This document shows, in pieces, positions 50,301-64,000 of a DNA stretch of 64,000 bases. The position numbers and the translations under genes are program-made. Origin of the DNA: Yuukianura sp. NJ FZ-2021 (taxonomy: Eukaryota); assembly GCA_046563655.1 (NCBI GenBank), contig CM102286.1, forward strand, positions 4,030,001 to 4,094,000, given 5' to 3'. The notes under the pieces are model-generated. The model searched no databases and was not told where the DNA came from. It saw only the letters and a program-made list of their open reading frames with translations. The first letter of the stretch is position 1; each line of letters starts with the position of its first letter.

Positions 50301-53300
50301 GGCAAAAGTGAAAGCAAGAGAAAGTTGGAATTGGGCTGCTGGTGGCTCAGAGATCAACATCAGAGAAGATGTTGAGATCTAAAAATGTCTGTCAGGACGT
50401 AATGAGAACTGTCAGTCCCGTTTTTAAGTCCACAGTCAAAAGTCATCTGCGGGTTTATGACTCCCGGGTAGCTTTGGCATGTCAGCGGTCATATCGCCTT
50501 CGTACCTTCATTCAGGAGTTGGTAACAGTTGACCTCTTGGAACAAAAGGATTATTGGATCTTCCCAAATGACATTGGGTAGGAGAAGAAGTATCTCTCGG
50601 AAAGTTTGAAATTTGGTAGGGCTTACCTACAGTAAAAGTTGGAAACTTTTGAGATGATAAACGACGTTCGGCCCAGTTCCAATATCCAGAAGACTCTGAA
50701 GTACTACTGCTATGATTCCCTGGGAAAATGGGAAAGGAAAATTGTAGCATTTCAATTGACGGGTTCACATTTCCCCTGAGTCTTTCCGCTGCCACAACAC
50801 GAAGGCACTTCGTTCTCGCTTGGAAACATATCTATTTTCCAGGTGGAGACTCCAACTCTGTACTCCGCCAATCGTTTTGAACTGTGCAGTTAGATGCACA
50901 GGTTGGTTCTGTTTGAAATGGAACAGAGATCAGACCAAAATCACGCAAAGCAACCACGAAAAGAACTCGTTTGATTTCCTATTTTCTCCAAACGACCAGT
51001 GCAGTGTGTGTACGTCGGACGACAGTCCAGGATTTCCGGAAGGGGCAATTCTAGTCCCATGCTTTTCCAAGTGAAAGTTCTGTTTTGTTCAGTTTTGAAT
51101 TCAACTGACAAGTTAAAGTCACCCGAGTAGATTTATTGTGAAGGACATATAAATTAAACTGTCTTTTGTCATTTGAATAGTCCTTGGAAACAATGAACAA
51201 GTTCATTTGACACAAGAATTAAAAAGTCAGTATCCACCAAAACCTACAATTAATTTGAAAAATTATCTCAACTAAATTTTATCTTGTGCAGATTTGTGCA
51301 AGTTTATCTCATGAAATGTATCAGTTCATATTTTGAAAATCATGATGTCACTCCATCCTGTTCCCATGTGTCAATCAACCGCAGTGCTCAACGCTTGGGT
51401 TTGAATTTTGGCGGGCGGAAGGAAATGAAATTTTGAGGATTTCGAGAATGAGCGAAGGGTCAGTCGTGCATGTTAAATTGAAATTGGCGGGAAGGCAGAG
51501 GGAGCGATCAGAAAGTTGAAGTGACGCGTATATTCAGATCTGTTTTTCATCGATAACCCAAAAAAATTGACCTCTCCTCTATATTTTTTCCTCGTTTTTT
51601 TGGTTTTGGAAAGGCAAAACCGATGTGCCGTCGCTTTTCTGTCGACAGCCATTTGATAGCGTCGGACTTTCTCTTTTGTCACTCCACATTTGATTTTATT
51701 TTCTAAAGGCTCAAAGCGCGCGTAGAATCTGATGATTCAGGTCAGGCTAGCGTGGAGAGTTGGAAGTGAAAGTAAATGGAGAAAAGGAAAGTGCTTGTCG
51801 ATATTTCTGAAATACAAAATAAGGTAAAAAAAAAGTAGAGGGCGGGCATCCTGAATAGGGGAGAGGGAGAAATCACGGTGAAAGGCAGGGACGGACCCCA
51901 CTTTGACAAGGAAAGTAATTTCTCAAAAATAAAATATATACGCTTTCTATAGGTTTCTTTTGTATGGAAAATATTTCAATAGAACCAGCAGGTTGATTCG
52001 CACTACGAATTCTGTGCAAGCCACTTTTCCGATATTCCACTCTCAACATTTTCAACTCGCCTGACATAAGTTGTAGAATTCACTCACCAGTTGGCGCTGC
52101 TTTTCATCTTTTTTTTTGTTTTTAAATCAGTAAACCAATCGTTTCCGTTTTTGTTAACCTAAATTGAACTTTTCTAATCTTGTACCAGAAACAGTTAATC
52201 TTGGTCATAGGGACTAAAAATCTCATCGCTTCCACTGACCACTTTTTGTGATCAGCCGAGTCCCATTGAAGATGAAAAATTTTAGCACTGTTCCTTCTTT
52301 TATTCTTTTTCTTGAACTTAACGAAAAATTGGATCTAGAAAAAAAAGTTTGAGCCAAGTTAAGTGAGTAGTGAACAAAAAAAGTGGCGATTTTTCCTTGT
52401 CACTGAGACGTTTTTTGTTCTGGAAAAGAAAAGTCTGGTTTTTCGTTCTAAATGTGAGCTTGGTTGCGTCTAAAAAAGACACAGAAAAGCCTTTTCTATG
52501 ATAATTTATGAATCAGAGTTACTTTTTACAAAATTTGGGCAGTGAGAAGAAAAGAACCAGTGAAAAGGAACTTGCTCCAAAGTGTGAAAAAATTTGGACT
52601 TTCTTCTTCTTCTTTTTTTTTTTTGACGAAAAATGTGCTGGCGGGCGATTTTTTTGTTAGCAAATATTGGGTAGTGTTAGACAAAAGTGGTTGAGCAAAG
52701 AGAACCTATACTTGGAAACTTTTTTAAACAAAATTTGAAGTGTGCTGAACCGGGCAAGGCTTTGGAGATTGACTTTCTGCGCTCATAAATTAATGATGAA
52801 GACAGCAGCTTAATTCCACGGCGGGAGAAAAAAATTCAAATTCTGAAGGCGTCTCTATTTTTAGGCGTAGACTTGTGAGCTAGAATTTGGTAGTGAAAGA
52901 AAAAAGTACAAAAAGAAAAAAATTCAAGGTATTTTTTTTTCTTCAAAAAGAGAAAGTTTGTGATGAGTTTGAATGTTTTGGAGCCTTAAGTTTAAGATCG
53001 GCAGCTCTACTTTCTCTTTTAGTAGAAAGAGAACATCCATCTCATCTCTTACTTAGATAGAAAAGCGCGAAGTTTTGAAAATGAAGCTTCACCGTGTTCA
53101 AAACTTTTGTGATTGCTTCAGATGGAATTTGTTTGATGTGTTTAGAAATGGATTCGGAAGGAAATCCATCTTCGCTTTCTCCTATAGTCTTCTTCCTATT
53201 TATGGAAATGTGACAGGAATTGGCTCAAGTGAAAAGAAAGTGTATATGTGAGACTACGCAACTTTTAGGCTAACCTAACTTTCAGCTTCAAAATTTCCAT

Positions 53301-56300
53301 ATCTTTTCCCACCCTCTTCCAAAAGTCAATTGAATCTTCAATTGAGAACTACTATGTTATCTTAGACCTAGAGTTTGCTGCTCAATTTCGACTTTCTCTT
53401 TCCATAGTTTGTACATGGGAGAAAGGTATGTTATACCGCTCCTTGTCTCAGTCTAGAAAAAAAGAGAGACTTCATGATTTTTTCTTGTTCAAAACCTATA
53501 ACTGGTGCTGATTTGAAAAGAAGTAGGAATTTGGCGTTGTTGTATGAATCTAGAATCTAGGCTTGTAGCTCATGCCTTTTAGTAGGTTCGTGAGTCAAAG
53601 TCTAGAGCGGCGCAGTGAAGACTTCGGATCAAACCGTTCGCCAACAAATTCTCAAAAGCCTTCAGTTTCATTCTGAACGAGGTCGGAGGTTCCTGCGGGC
53701 AGTCATCTATTTCAAATTCTTCAAACAATTCCCGCTTTTTCATCAGTTCGTTGTTCACTGTGAAACGAAAGGTACTTTTTTGTGATGTCAGATTTCTGAC
53801 TGTAAGCTTTGTTTTTAAAGTTGACATTGATTGAAGTGAACAAAAATTTTATAAACATCAAATCAATCTCAGCGAATAAACATTTCAATTTTTCTGCCCG
53901 AAAAAGAAAACAAAACAGGATTTTGACGCAGTTTTCAGTCGCTTGGGATCCTTCATATTTACATTAGGGGGTAAGTGAATCATTCATCTCTTCGTTCTGT
54001 TTTGTTTAGTAATAACATACTCCCAGTCCTCTTATGCTTACTTAGTGTAGAGCGGCAGGGTTGGCGGGAATTTATTGTTTTCATATTTGAATTGGAGATT
54101 GTATTGTGTTCGTTGGAACTGCATTTCTCCTAATCCTGGAGAAAGCAAATGGAATTTATGCATTAAGCTACCGAAACTCAATTACCGCGCACTTATTTTC
54201 AAAACTCCTTTTTTAAAAAAAGATGTACCAGGAGACTACAGAACTAATCAGCCCAAGTTTTGAAGGGAAAGTCTGCGAAAGTTTAATCTTGAAAGAAGAG
54301 CTTTTGAGACATAGTCCATTTCCCAGGGCGCGGAAATCCACTAGCAGAGGGGGCTTTTTCTCAGAAATTGAGTCCGCGAAAGTTCAAAGTCCTTTACGAA
54401 GTCACTTCAATCCGCGAAAAGCTCCCGCGTCCAATTCATTTATGTAAATCCCTCTTCGAAATTTTGAATTTAGACTAAAGGGGATAAAGCCTTCCCTTCC
54501 AGATGAAATGCTCAGAGTTTCTTCTGTTCATAACTTTCTCTCCCTTCAATGATCCAAAAACATTTCAATACAAGTTGAATGGTCTAACTTTAGTCGGATC
54601 AACCGTAACTTCTTTTTTTTTTCAAAAAAGTAACAACATTCAGAAAAGACTGTAAACATTGAGACGCATTGTTTCTATCATTGGATGTGAATCGTCTCTG
54701 TTTCATATCTCCAATTTCCTTTTACGTTTTTTCGTTTCCGTTGCAAAACCAAAGGATTCTTGCTGTTGTTGTTACTCTTCTGTGTAAAGGGTAGGCGTAT
54801 GAACTTCTTTGAAATTCAACAAAGAAAACTTCTGCTTTCCCCAGTTTCCCATGGGAAATGGTTTGCAAGGAACGAAAAAAAGCCGAAACGGACAAAAAAA
54901 AATCATCTTCCCAGTTAGGGAGCAAGCAGAGGCTTTTCGGTTTTCCTACTGAAGAAAAAAGCTACACGAATCATTACGTTCATGTCCTGCTTCCAAACTT
55001 TTCTTCTTCTTTTTCTTCTTTTAACATGGAGTCAACTACCATTCAGTACTAACTTGGTGGCATTCACTGTTTTTGTTATTTGGTGCTAGTGGACCAACAG
55101 CACTACAGATCTATTCTTCCAGTTGAAAAAATTGGAAGAATACAACTGGGAGAGGAAAACAGAGATTTCTCTATTTCAGAAAAAACATAAAAAAAATCTT
55201 TGTTTTTTGAAATAAAAAGTCCAAGTCCAACAATAATACCCCAGCCTGCCTGACTCCTAAATCTTTCTATTTATGTCTTTCCAGTGGAGGCTACTGTCTT
55301 CCGCCTTCGTTTTTTCTTTTTGTTTCTTGTTTTCTTCTTTCGCTTGCTTGAAAAGAGTGTTGAACGGGATTGTTTCATTGGATAGGCCGCGTGTCTGTTG
55401 TTTTTCTACACTAATGGTTCCTCAATAAATAAAAAGGATTCAACACTTTATCATAGAAAATCAGAGTTTTCAGAGGGAAAAGCAAGGATAGATCTCTAGA
55501 GAGAAGACTTAGTGCCGTGACAGCGCTTAAGAAATCGAAAAAAAAGTCTTAAAAGGATAGAAAACTTAAAGTTACAGTGCTGGGCAGGATTAGGAAAAGT
55601 TTGTCTAGAAAGTTGGAGAAAGGAGCCTCCATCGATTTCTGCATTGAAGTGTTGGAGTCAGTCTCCGTGTCGCTCTTCCTCCGTTTCAAAGTGATTGATT
55701 GACTCGACTTGCACCTTCACCAGGAGCAACCATCAACCTCGGATTTCAAACAACCCACTGACTCACTGACTACAGTGACAATTTTCATTAGCTCCACGAC
55801 TGAAATTGAAAGCTTGAACATAAAACTTGTCTACTGAGTCACCGAACAAGAACAAAGTTGAAGAAATTCGACAAGTTTGTCGTTTTGTTCAACACAAACC
55901 TTTTCGTTGTTATCTGAAAACAGACACCTAACCTTGTCTTTTACAACGTAACTAATTCTTGGTTAAAAATGTTTTTCAGTGGGATCTCTGTGTTCATTAT
56001 GAACAAAGGTGAATTTTAGCTTATGTTGGTTAAGGTTGTTGTAGTTTAGTATGAAATCAAAACCTAACACTAACGCATTGAATTGTGTGGTTATGTTACG
56101 CTATAGATAGGGTTAAGTTTATGTAAAGGAAAAAGTTTGAAACGAAAGTGCGACGAAAAATTTGATGCTGAGGTTCTGTTTACACTAGTTTAATTTGCAA
56201 AGTTTTTCCAAAAGATTTTGAACTTATCTGAAAAAGGCTCTGTACACTGACTCAAACTTCACAGTCAAAGACAGTGGACTTCGCATGAGTAATATTATTA

Positions 56301-59300
56301 ATGCAAACGAGCACTTTCTCTTCAGCATCATTAATGCAACCGTCTTTCAAAAAAACGTGGAGGCGGGAGCATTCAATTTTCAAAATTAGCACAAGTGAAA
56401 ATTGAATTAAACATTTCCAAACTTGTCTCAATGAATCACGTCATACTTGGGTTAAAAGGAGAAAGCACATGCACAATCTGCATTTAACCTTGAAATTTCA
56501 ATTTTGAATTTATAAAACAAAAGTATTTGAGGAACTAGCAGCTTGTTCTTTCCTTGCCAGATTAACTCGTCGTGCTGATTGAAATAAATTGCAATTAGCA
56601 CAGCAAATGAGCCTTGTTTTAAATGAGATCTTTACAAATTTAGAAGTTTACAACCCAATTTGTCTCGCCTCCCCCTCTAAGTCAGGGGCTTGAGGAAGCA
56701 GGGGCGTGGGAGACTGGGGGGCGGAGGTGATGTTTCGTCCAGAATCAGACGCTGGAAGATCCAAGTGAAAGTTCCTGCTGTGCTGTTCTGATTTATGTTA
56801 AAGTGTAGAGAGCTAGAGTAATTGGGCAAGGCTCTGTGCACTGTAAATTAAGATAAAGGCAGCCAGCATAAGCCTTTTCCCGCGCCCTAAATGAGACACC
56901 ATTTGTCTAAAAACCTTCTATTACGATGGAATACTTGCTACTAGAAAGAGGCTTAGGAGAAAAGTAACTTGGAATTTGGCTATCCCAGAATTCCCTTGTC
57001 ATCCTTTGACTTAAAACTTGGGACAAAAGCTTTACACGCAAAAAAGTGGAATAAAACCTACGCTCCACTTTCACCAACTTTTCTTTTTTGAAAAAAAAAT
57101 CAATTCTATTCTCCTCGTTCTGTTGCACATCTTTTCATTTGTCAAAAGAAAAATAACAACCGCTCAAAAGAATTCGGAGAAAGCACTTCAAAAACTTTTT
57201 AAACATCCCCGGGAGTTGCACATTCACAAAGCGCATTATTTGCTTTCGTGACCTCAGTTCGTGCCGTTTTATGTTTTCGCAAACTTGTTTTTTTTTAGTT
57301 TCTGTTACGATTTTTATGCTTTGGAAATTGCAAAGTTAAGACAGACAGACACTTCCGTCAAGACGTTAGACTTTTGAAACCTCTGCGGGTGAACTGTTGA
57401 GGAATCTAATCTTCATCTAACGTCTTTCTAAGTGTCCTCAGCAGGAGCTCCCTCTTTCTTTAGTACAGAAAGTAATGAGAAACGGAGTAGCTCTGGAAAT
57501 GGCGGGAGATTTTGGGTTTTCAGTTTTCTGCTAAGCATTTTAGCCACCAGAATTAGAATCACTTTCTCCTAAAACTTATTTCTTTTGCGGCATCAAATGA
57601 GGAACGAACTAGAAGGAATAAAACGTTTGGACTTTAAATCATGGCGGGCGTAACTCCGGCGCCTCTCTTTCCAGTTTTAGCTTTCCATGCAGTTGAGTTT
57701 TGAAACTTCCGCTTATTCGGTATTATGTGCTGCTCTTAGTAGGAAAGTTGCAGTAGCAGAGGACGGAGCCTTTGCAGAAACAGTCGGTTGTTACCAGCCG
57801 ACTGGAAGTAGTTATCTTTATTCTAATTTTTATGAGCCTCGAGTCCAGTCTCCATCCACTCAGCTTTCACTTAATGGAAGAATTAAATTGTAGAGATCCA
57901 CTTTGTTTCTGGAGGGAAAGCACCGCGTAAGTCCCGAGTTCTAATGAAGAGTGACTCTTAATAATTTTGACGTGGAAGGACATTTTCAAGGGTGGCTTTT
58001 AAGGGCGGAAGAGGCCCTTTGCGTCCTTGTGACACTTGACTAATGATGACAACCCTGCTCACTTTCTCCATTTCACTCTGTCTTCATCTTTTCCCCTTCA
58101 CAGGAAGGAAATTGAAAAGGTTAATCTTGTTAGCCCATTGTCCTCGGTCAAGTCGCCTCCCTGGAGCCATGCCTCTGTCTTTGAACAATTCAAAAAATTC
58201 CCACATAGTTTTTCCTAGCTTTTTGTCTCCAAAAACTAATTTCGTAGAAGTTTTTACACTTTTTGAGACACTATTGTTCGCCGTTTTTGAAATTAATTTG
58301 AGTCACGTGGTAGGATTATGTTTTTTTTTTCAAAACAGAGTGGAGATTTCGAAAATTACCCGATAAATATGTATCAAGCTATGCTGTTTTTCTGGGATTT
58401 GGACCAAAATGTTATGTCTTGTTGTGTAGGCTTTTCAATAATGCGTGCTTTTAGTCTGTTTTAGTTTTGAAAACGACTAGAAATGTTAGTTAAGGGTCAA
58501 AGGGCAAGCGGAAGTGAGGGACAATTTTTCTGCCGAGCGATGTCAACCTCCATGACAAATTGGGAGCAACTGAAAAAAAAGCAAGTCGGGCGGATCCCCT
58601 CGCTGTTCCAAATCTGCAACTGTAACATTGGAAACAAATTCCTGTGTATACTACAAGACTAGATTCTTGGCAGCCTCACTTCCGTGAACGTCCCCTCGTG
58701 TAAATTAGTGAAGTACTGCTGGAAGTGGATAATGGAGTGTGACAGAGAAATGCATGCCAGAGTCACTTGAGCTCAAAATGCCCGCCTCCCCTTGTTTTCC
58801 AAATAAATGTATTGTTACTTAACTACAACAGTGAGTCAGAGCTCCACTCCCGTATTTTTTAATTTTTCTTTTCGCTTTGATGATCATTCCAAATCCGAAA
58901 AGATGCACACTGGATTCCCCTCAATAATTAATCCCACAAAGCCTTTTGCTATTCCTTCATTACTACTTTTGGAAAACAAGCAGAGTTTTTCAAGCTGAAA
59001 ATAACTTTTGTTTCAAAAAGTCCGCTTGGCTGTATCTCGTAGTTCTTCAATTTACACAAGCTAAGAGTTTCTGTTGTTTCCTTCCTTTTTTGAAAAAGTT
59101 TGTCTTTTGAAATTAAAAAATTCAAGTAGGCTAAGCACTACGAAAAGGAGGCCACTCGAGGATGACTCGGAGCTTTTCAAATTTGAGAAACACGAAGAGC
59201 ATGGAGCTTTCTGTATTTTTGGAACTCTCCAAAGTCAAGTGGGCCGAGTAAACAAAAGTGAATCTGTTTTCTAATCTTTTTTAAATGTCCACTTTTCTAT

Positions 59301-62300
59301 CTCGTCAAAATGGCGGGAGCGGGTAAGGACGGACTTTGAATTCTAAAACATCCCATTTGCCTGCCAAAAAGGGAGAAAAGTGGAGCGGGTTTTTTGAAAG
59401 TTTAGTTTACAAAAAAGATGGGTAATGAAATTACCTTTATCTCCAGATGAGCCATTCCGACAAGGATACGGAAAATCTCTTTTCTTCCACCAGCTAGCGT
59501 CAGCCTGGGTTGCCCACGTATGTAAACGACATTAGAAATGGGACTTAGTATGTGGAGTAACGCGTAATAAAAAAGCGGGAGGTTAAAAGTCCCGCGTTCC
59601 GCCAACCTAATGGATTCCTTCACGTTTTCCGTCAGCTTTCCTAATCCATTATTCTGCTAGTAGAAAAGAAGGAGGCTGGTTTCCTCCGAGTTGCAAATCT
59701 GAACCACTTTTGAAAATGAGCTAGGACACAAATCCTAAAAAACCAAAATCGAAAAAACGCTGGGCTTCGTTTTTTAAAAAAAAAGTGGTCAACAGAAAGC
59801 GAAAGTTGAAAACATGGATTTTGGGAGGAAATCACCACTTAAAAATAGTTGAACTGCTTTCTCCACTTATTGGAAATTTATTTTATTGTTTTGAGTCGCA
59901 AAAAATCTAAAGTAATAAACTTGGAAGCTTCTACTACATTTTGCCGCCGCTTGCAGGCGATCCCATTTTGAAAAATAAAACTTTGTGTGTGTGGATTTCA
60001 TGGTTTCTCCACTTACTCAAGTTGACTTGAATGGAAGAGCCTCCCTAGGACTATTTCCACTCCATGTCCAATTGAATTAAAAGGCTTTGATAATGTGAAG
60101 TTAAAATTGAATTTGTGAAAGTCGAAGTTTTTGCTTTCGTAGTATGAGGCCATTATTGAAAAGAGGTGAACGAAGTGTTGTAAGTAAGTGGATTAGAGAA
60201 TCCTCTTCATTGGATTACATCTCTAAAAAAAACTTTTGTGGGAAAAGACATTTTTAGGCAGAGAGAACACATTTGGTTTGAAAGAAAAGAAAAAAAAAGT
60301 TTTGAAAAAACATTCAAGTTTACTTCACCGAATTTTTGTTTACAACTTTCAAATTGTAAACTCCAAATCGGATGTTTCCACAACTTACAAAGTTTTACAC
60401 CAATATTTCATTTTGTAAAACTTTTTACGTGTGCTGTGACACACTTCAAAGTGTTGAAAATTCTCACACAAATTTTCTAAATTTATTTTTTGAAACTTCT
60501 AAACTAAAAGATTGAACATCGTAAAACATAAAAACACAAACCATTCGGAAAGTATCGGAAACAAATGTCAAAGAAGCCATGAATTTTTTTAAAAGTTTCG
60601 TCGTGTTATTTAAGTTTTTGACATTTTTTCTCGAAGATCTAATAATACGTCGTCAGAAAAGTGTGTGCGCTTCTTTGCATTAGAATTTCGTTGCATTTCT
60701 ACCATCGTCGCTTCAAGGAAAGAATATAAATAGAAAGTTCATTTCCTTGAATTTAGTTCCCGCTGGATACGTTGGAAGTGTTCAGTCAACTGGAAACTCC
60801 GCCCCCACGCCCCTCTGGTTGTAAAATTGTATCTTCCTGCTGCGGATTCAACCATACTTTTGGTTGAAGTCTTAACACAAGAAAAGAGACTCGCCTTACT
60901 TCAACCACCGAATGGAACAAAAAGCAGTTTCTTCCAAACCCCCACAAAGCCCTGCGGATTGCAAGCTTTCTGTTCCGCCAACTTTCTTTATTCTTTCTTA
61001 TGACTAAGTTGGATTTGAAGTCCATTTCTAAATCTAAAAGAGAAGGACGGAATTGGAAACAAAGGGGGAGTTCTTATTCCATTTGGGAAAGTAGTTGGTC
61101 GAGATTTGGCCTTTTGGCGGAATGAAACAAGGAAACAAAGAGAGAAAGCTAAAGAAAACTAAATCCCGCCAAAACTTATCTTGAACTTGGCTGGACTTTT
61201 CTTTCTTTATGGACTTTCTTTAGTTTATCAGAGTCAAACCTAAGTTCAAAGGACACTTTCCAGGAAACCACTGTCCATAGAACTCCGAAACCAGTTGTGT
61301 CCAACATCTTACTAGTTTAAGGGTGATGTGTATGTAACATCTGAGGGAGAAAGTCCATTTAGAACCCATTGGAACTTTAGGAAGAAAGTGTTGTTGCTAT
61401 CTCTAGAGAAATTATTCATTGGCCAAGGCCCCACTCCGGCATTCTTGCTGACTTTTCTCCGTTGATTGTACGACTGGGATTCGGCGAGAAAATAGGACTT
61501 TGGGGACTCATTGGAAACTGGAGATGGACCATCCTGGGGGGTTTTCCCTGGATTTGAGTCCTTCTCTAAATGTTAACTTTTCGTGTGACAAAAGTTGTGT
61601 GTGCCTTTAGCTTTTGGTATAATTACTAGGTACTTTTACTTTAGGCTTCTCTACGTGGAGGAGTAACACTTTCTCCACTTCAATTTCAATATAGAACGGC
61701 CGCTTCTCAGTTTTAGTTGAGGCGTTACGGCTAGTTAGAAAAGTAACTTTTTAAACTTTGGTCTTGGAACAAACTTCCCTCTGAAACTTCTCAGCAAACA
61801 AAGATCCTTGTCTTTCTAATTGAACTTTTAAGTGTAATAGGGCAATATTTTTAACCAGTCCCTTAAACCTGCTTTCTCTTCCACTCCAGAACGTTGATTA
61901 CTAAACATTTAACCCAATTCGGTAATAGGTTTGAACCAAATAGCTTTTCCGGAATGGTTTTTGCGCCGACGCTGCTGTACAATTGCTTTGGATTTTTCAG
62001 ATTTGTTGTCAAGGCTTATATTAGATTTTGCTTGAGTTGTCGTTGTTCCAGAAGTGCTAAAAAAGTTAATTGTTTGACTTAGGGTTAAGAGTACTAGAAT
62101 GTGAGTGGAATGTGATTAAGAACCTGCGGAAAAGCTGAACTCTCGTCGTGTGATGTTCGGAAGTGGTGGCGGTAAAAGTTGATTTAATTTCTGTCCCCAG
62201 TGACTCCTAGTTCGTTTGTGTTGAGTGAATTAAATGACTCTGTTCCAATGGGTTAGCTGCTGGGGAAGAAGTTTAGGTTAGGTTACGACGTAGGAAGATG

Positions 62301-64000
62301 CTCACTTTGATCTTGGAGAGTGTTTTGCAGAGAAGAGAAGGGGGATTTGAAGTGGAGTCGGAAGTCCAAGTTTTTTTAGATGTGATGAAGGGAGACTACA
62401 ACTTTCCCCAGTAAAAGCTCGGAGCTACAACACTACAACTCCTCAGTAAAAGGCTGTCCCCAAGTCCTTCCTTACAAGGTTAGACTTTGTGTAGAACTAG
62501 GGAGGATAGCGATGATGATAACATTTTGACGTCGTTTTCCCGCCGCAAGGCAAACATGGAGATGGAACTAACTTGGAGAGGAGAAAGTGGTCCAGGGACG
62601 TAAGGAGGCTGGAAGATGAAAGTGGCGGCCCTCTTTTCCTCTGATTTATGTGACAGTGGTCTCCGTAGAAGTTCGTTTCCTCCTTATACTGAATGGATGT
62701 CAATTCCTTGGGTAATGCCTAACTTTCATGTGCTTCAACGGAGGGCAGTGAAAGTCCAAATGGTTACGCTTCCTCCAAAAGAAGAGAAACTCCATTAAGT
62801 TATGGGAAATCATGACTAAAAGGATTCGTCTCTTTGTAGAATTAGAAGAGCTAGAAGGAAAGCCTTACTTTCTACCTTTCAAAAAGAAAGTCAAGAGAGA
62901 AAAAGACAAAGCGGGAAATTTGACAGTAGGAAATTGTTCGTTCCCTCTGGGGACAAGGCTGGTGCTGGAGATGAATCTGCCGCCATAATGGAATCCATGT
63001 CTATTCTCCCATATTTCAAAACACAAAGCCCTTTAAGTCTAAACTTACATTACAATGTCAGTCACCAACGAAAGTTATTACGTAAACTACAACTTTTACT
63101 GGAAATGAGAACAAAGGGAAACAGGAACTGATTTTTGAAAAGAACTTCAAAGTTGTTCAAATAAAGTTCTTCCCATTGTTCGTTGAGATAAACAAGTTTG
63201 AAGTTAATTTCTCAATAGATTGGATTTCCAAAAAAAAAATTAAATAAAATTAAAACTAGATCAAAATTCGTAAGAAAAATTCTTCCACCCAAAATCTATT
63301 TCTGTGCCCCACGCCTAAAGCAAATGCTCCGCGCAAGAGCAGCGTATCTCACATAGGGAAAATTTAGCATTTTCTCAAATACAGAAAAATTACTTTAAGT
63401 TGGCACTTTCGTTGTAATGACACTATTACGAGTCGACGTCTCCGCATCAGACAGAAAGTGAAAGACATTGGGCAATTGAGTGACAGGATTTGTGATTGCA
63501 TTATACTTGGCATCAGATTTTGCGAAAGATTTAATGTTTCAAATTTGTTTAGCCGAGGTTTTCTTTAAAGTATTTCAGTTTAGCCAGATGAAACTTTCTC
63601 GCATGGAAGGAAACGGATGAGCTGGAGAGTGATCTCCCGGTTTTTTTTTTCGGTTTTTTTCGGCTCGAAGGATATGGATGGGAAATGATGTGAAAAACAT
63701 GTTGGTTTCATGTATCTGGAGGATTAAGTCGACCACGTCAGACCAACAAATCCAAAGGCTTTTCCATGGAACATCCAAAATTCTTTCTCCATGGTTCCAG
63801 CGGTGCCTGGTTGTTGTGTAATGGCAGATAGCTCAAGCAGGACTTGTCTATTAGTTGTGAAGATTTTGAGGAAGGATAAGACCAGGCGGGAAGTTTTAAA
63901 AGGAAGAAGGAGAACAGTACTTTGACTCCTTGGCTTTCCTTTCATTTCCAGTTGGCAGCCCAATCTGGAAGGAGTAATTGACTCATTTCCATCCAACTGG

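Noticed and set aside
55112..55142. 13-bp hairpin as a pre-miRNA or terminator
   Set aside because: The stem is too short and AT-rich for a pre-miRNA, and bacterial terminators do not apply here.

Overview
AT-rich eukaryotic DNA with short GT-AG introns (mostly 55-140 nt), probably from an arthropod; a non-insect hexapod such as a springtail is my inference, not proven. I built exon chains by hand from splice sites and reading-frame phase. The first 15 kb is gene-dense: histidine ammonia-lyase (5' part, - strand), FAN1 nuclease (+), dihydrolipoamide dehydrogenase (+), an ELOVL elongase (-), a two-exon diapausin-like six-cysteine secreted peptide (+) and an intronless, Cys-rich multipass membrane orphan (+). 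The middle holds two divergent three-exon chemoreceptor-like (GR/OR superfamily) genes, a 12-exon four-CUB SOL-1-like gene (-), and a four-exon gene joining a coiled coil to a domain resembling the RRM of LINE (Tx1/CR1/L2-type) ORF1 or ZCCHC3. Two small interspersed repeat families and one local duplication are visible. I found no convincing coding sequence from about 47.1 to 64 kb, and no tRNA, rRNA or CRISPR features. Best leads: the possibly domesticated retrotransposon ORF1 domain, a FAN1 with a canonical PIP box and SIM-like motifs but no visible UBZ finger, the diapausin-like peptide beside the orphan membrane gene, and the receptors with OR-like C-termini.
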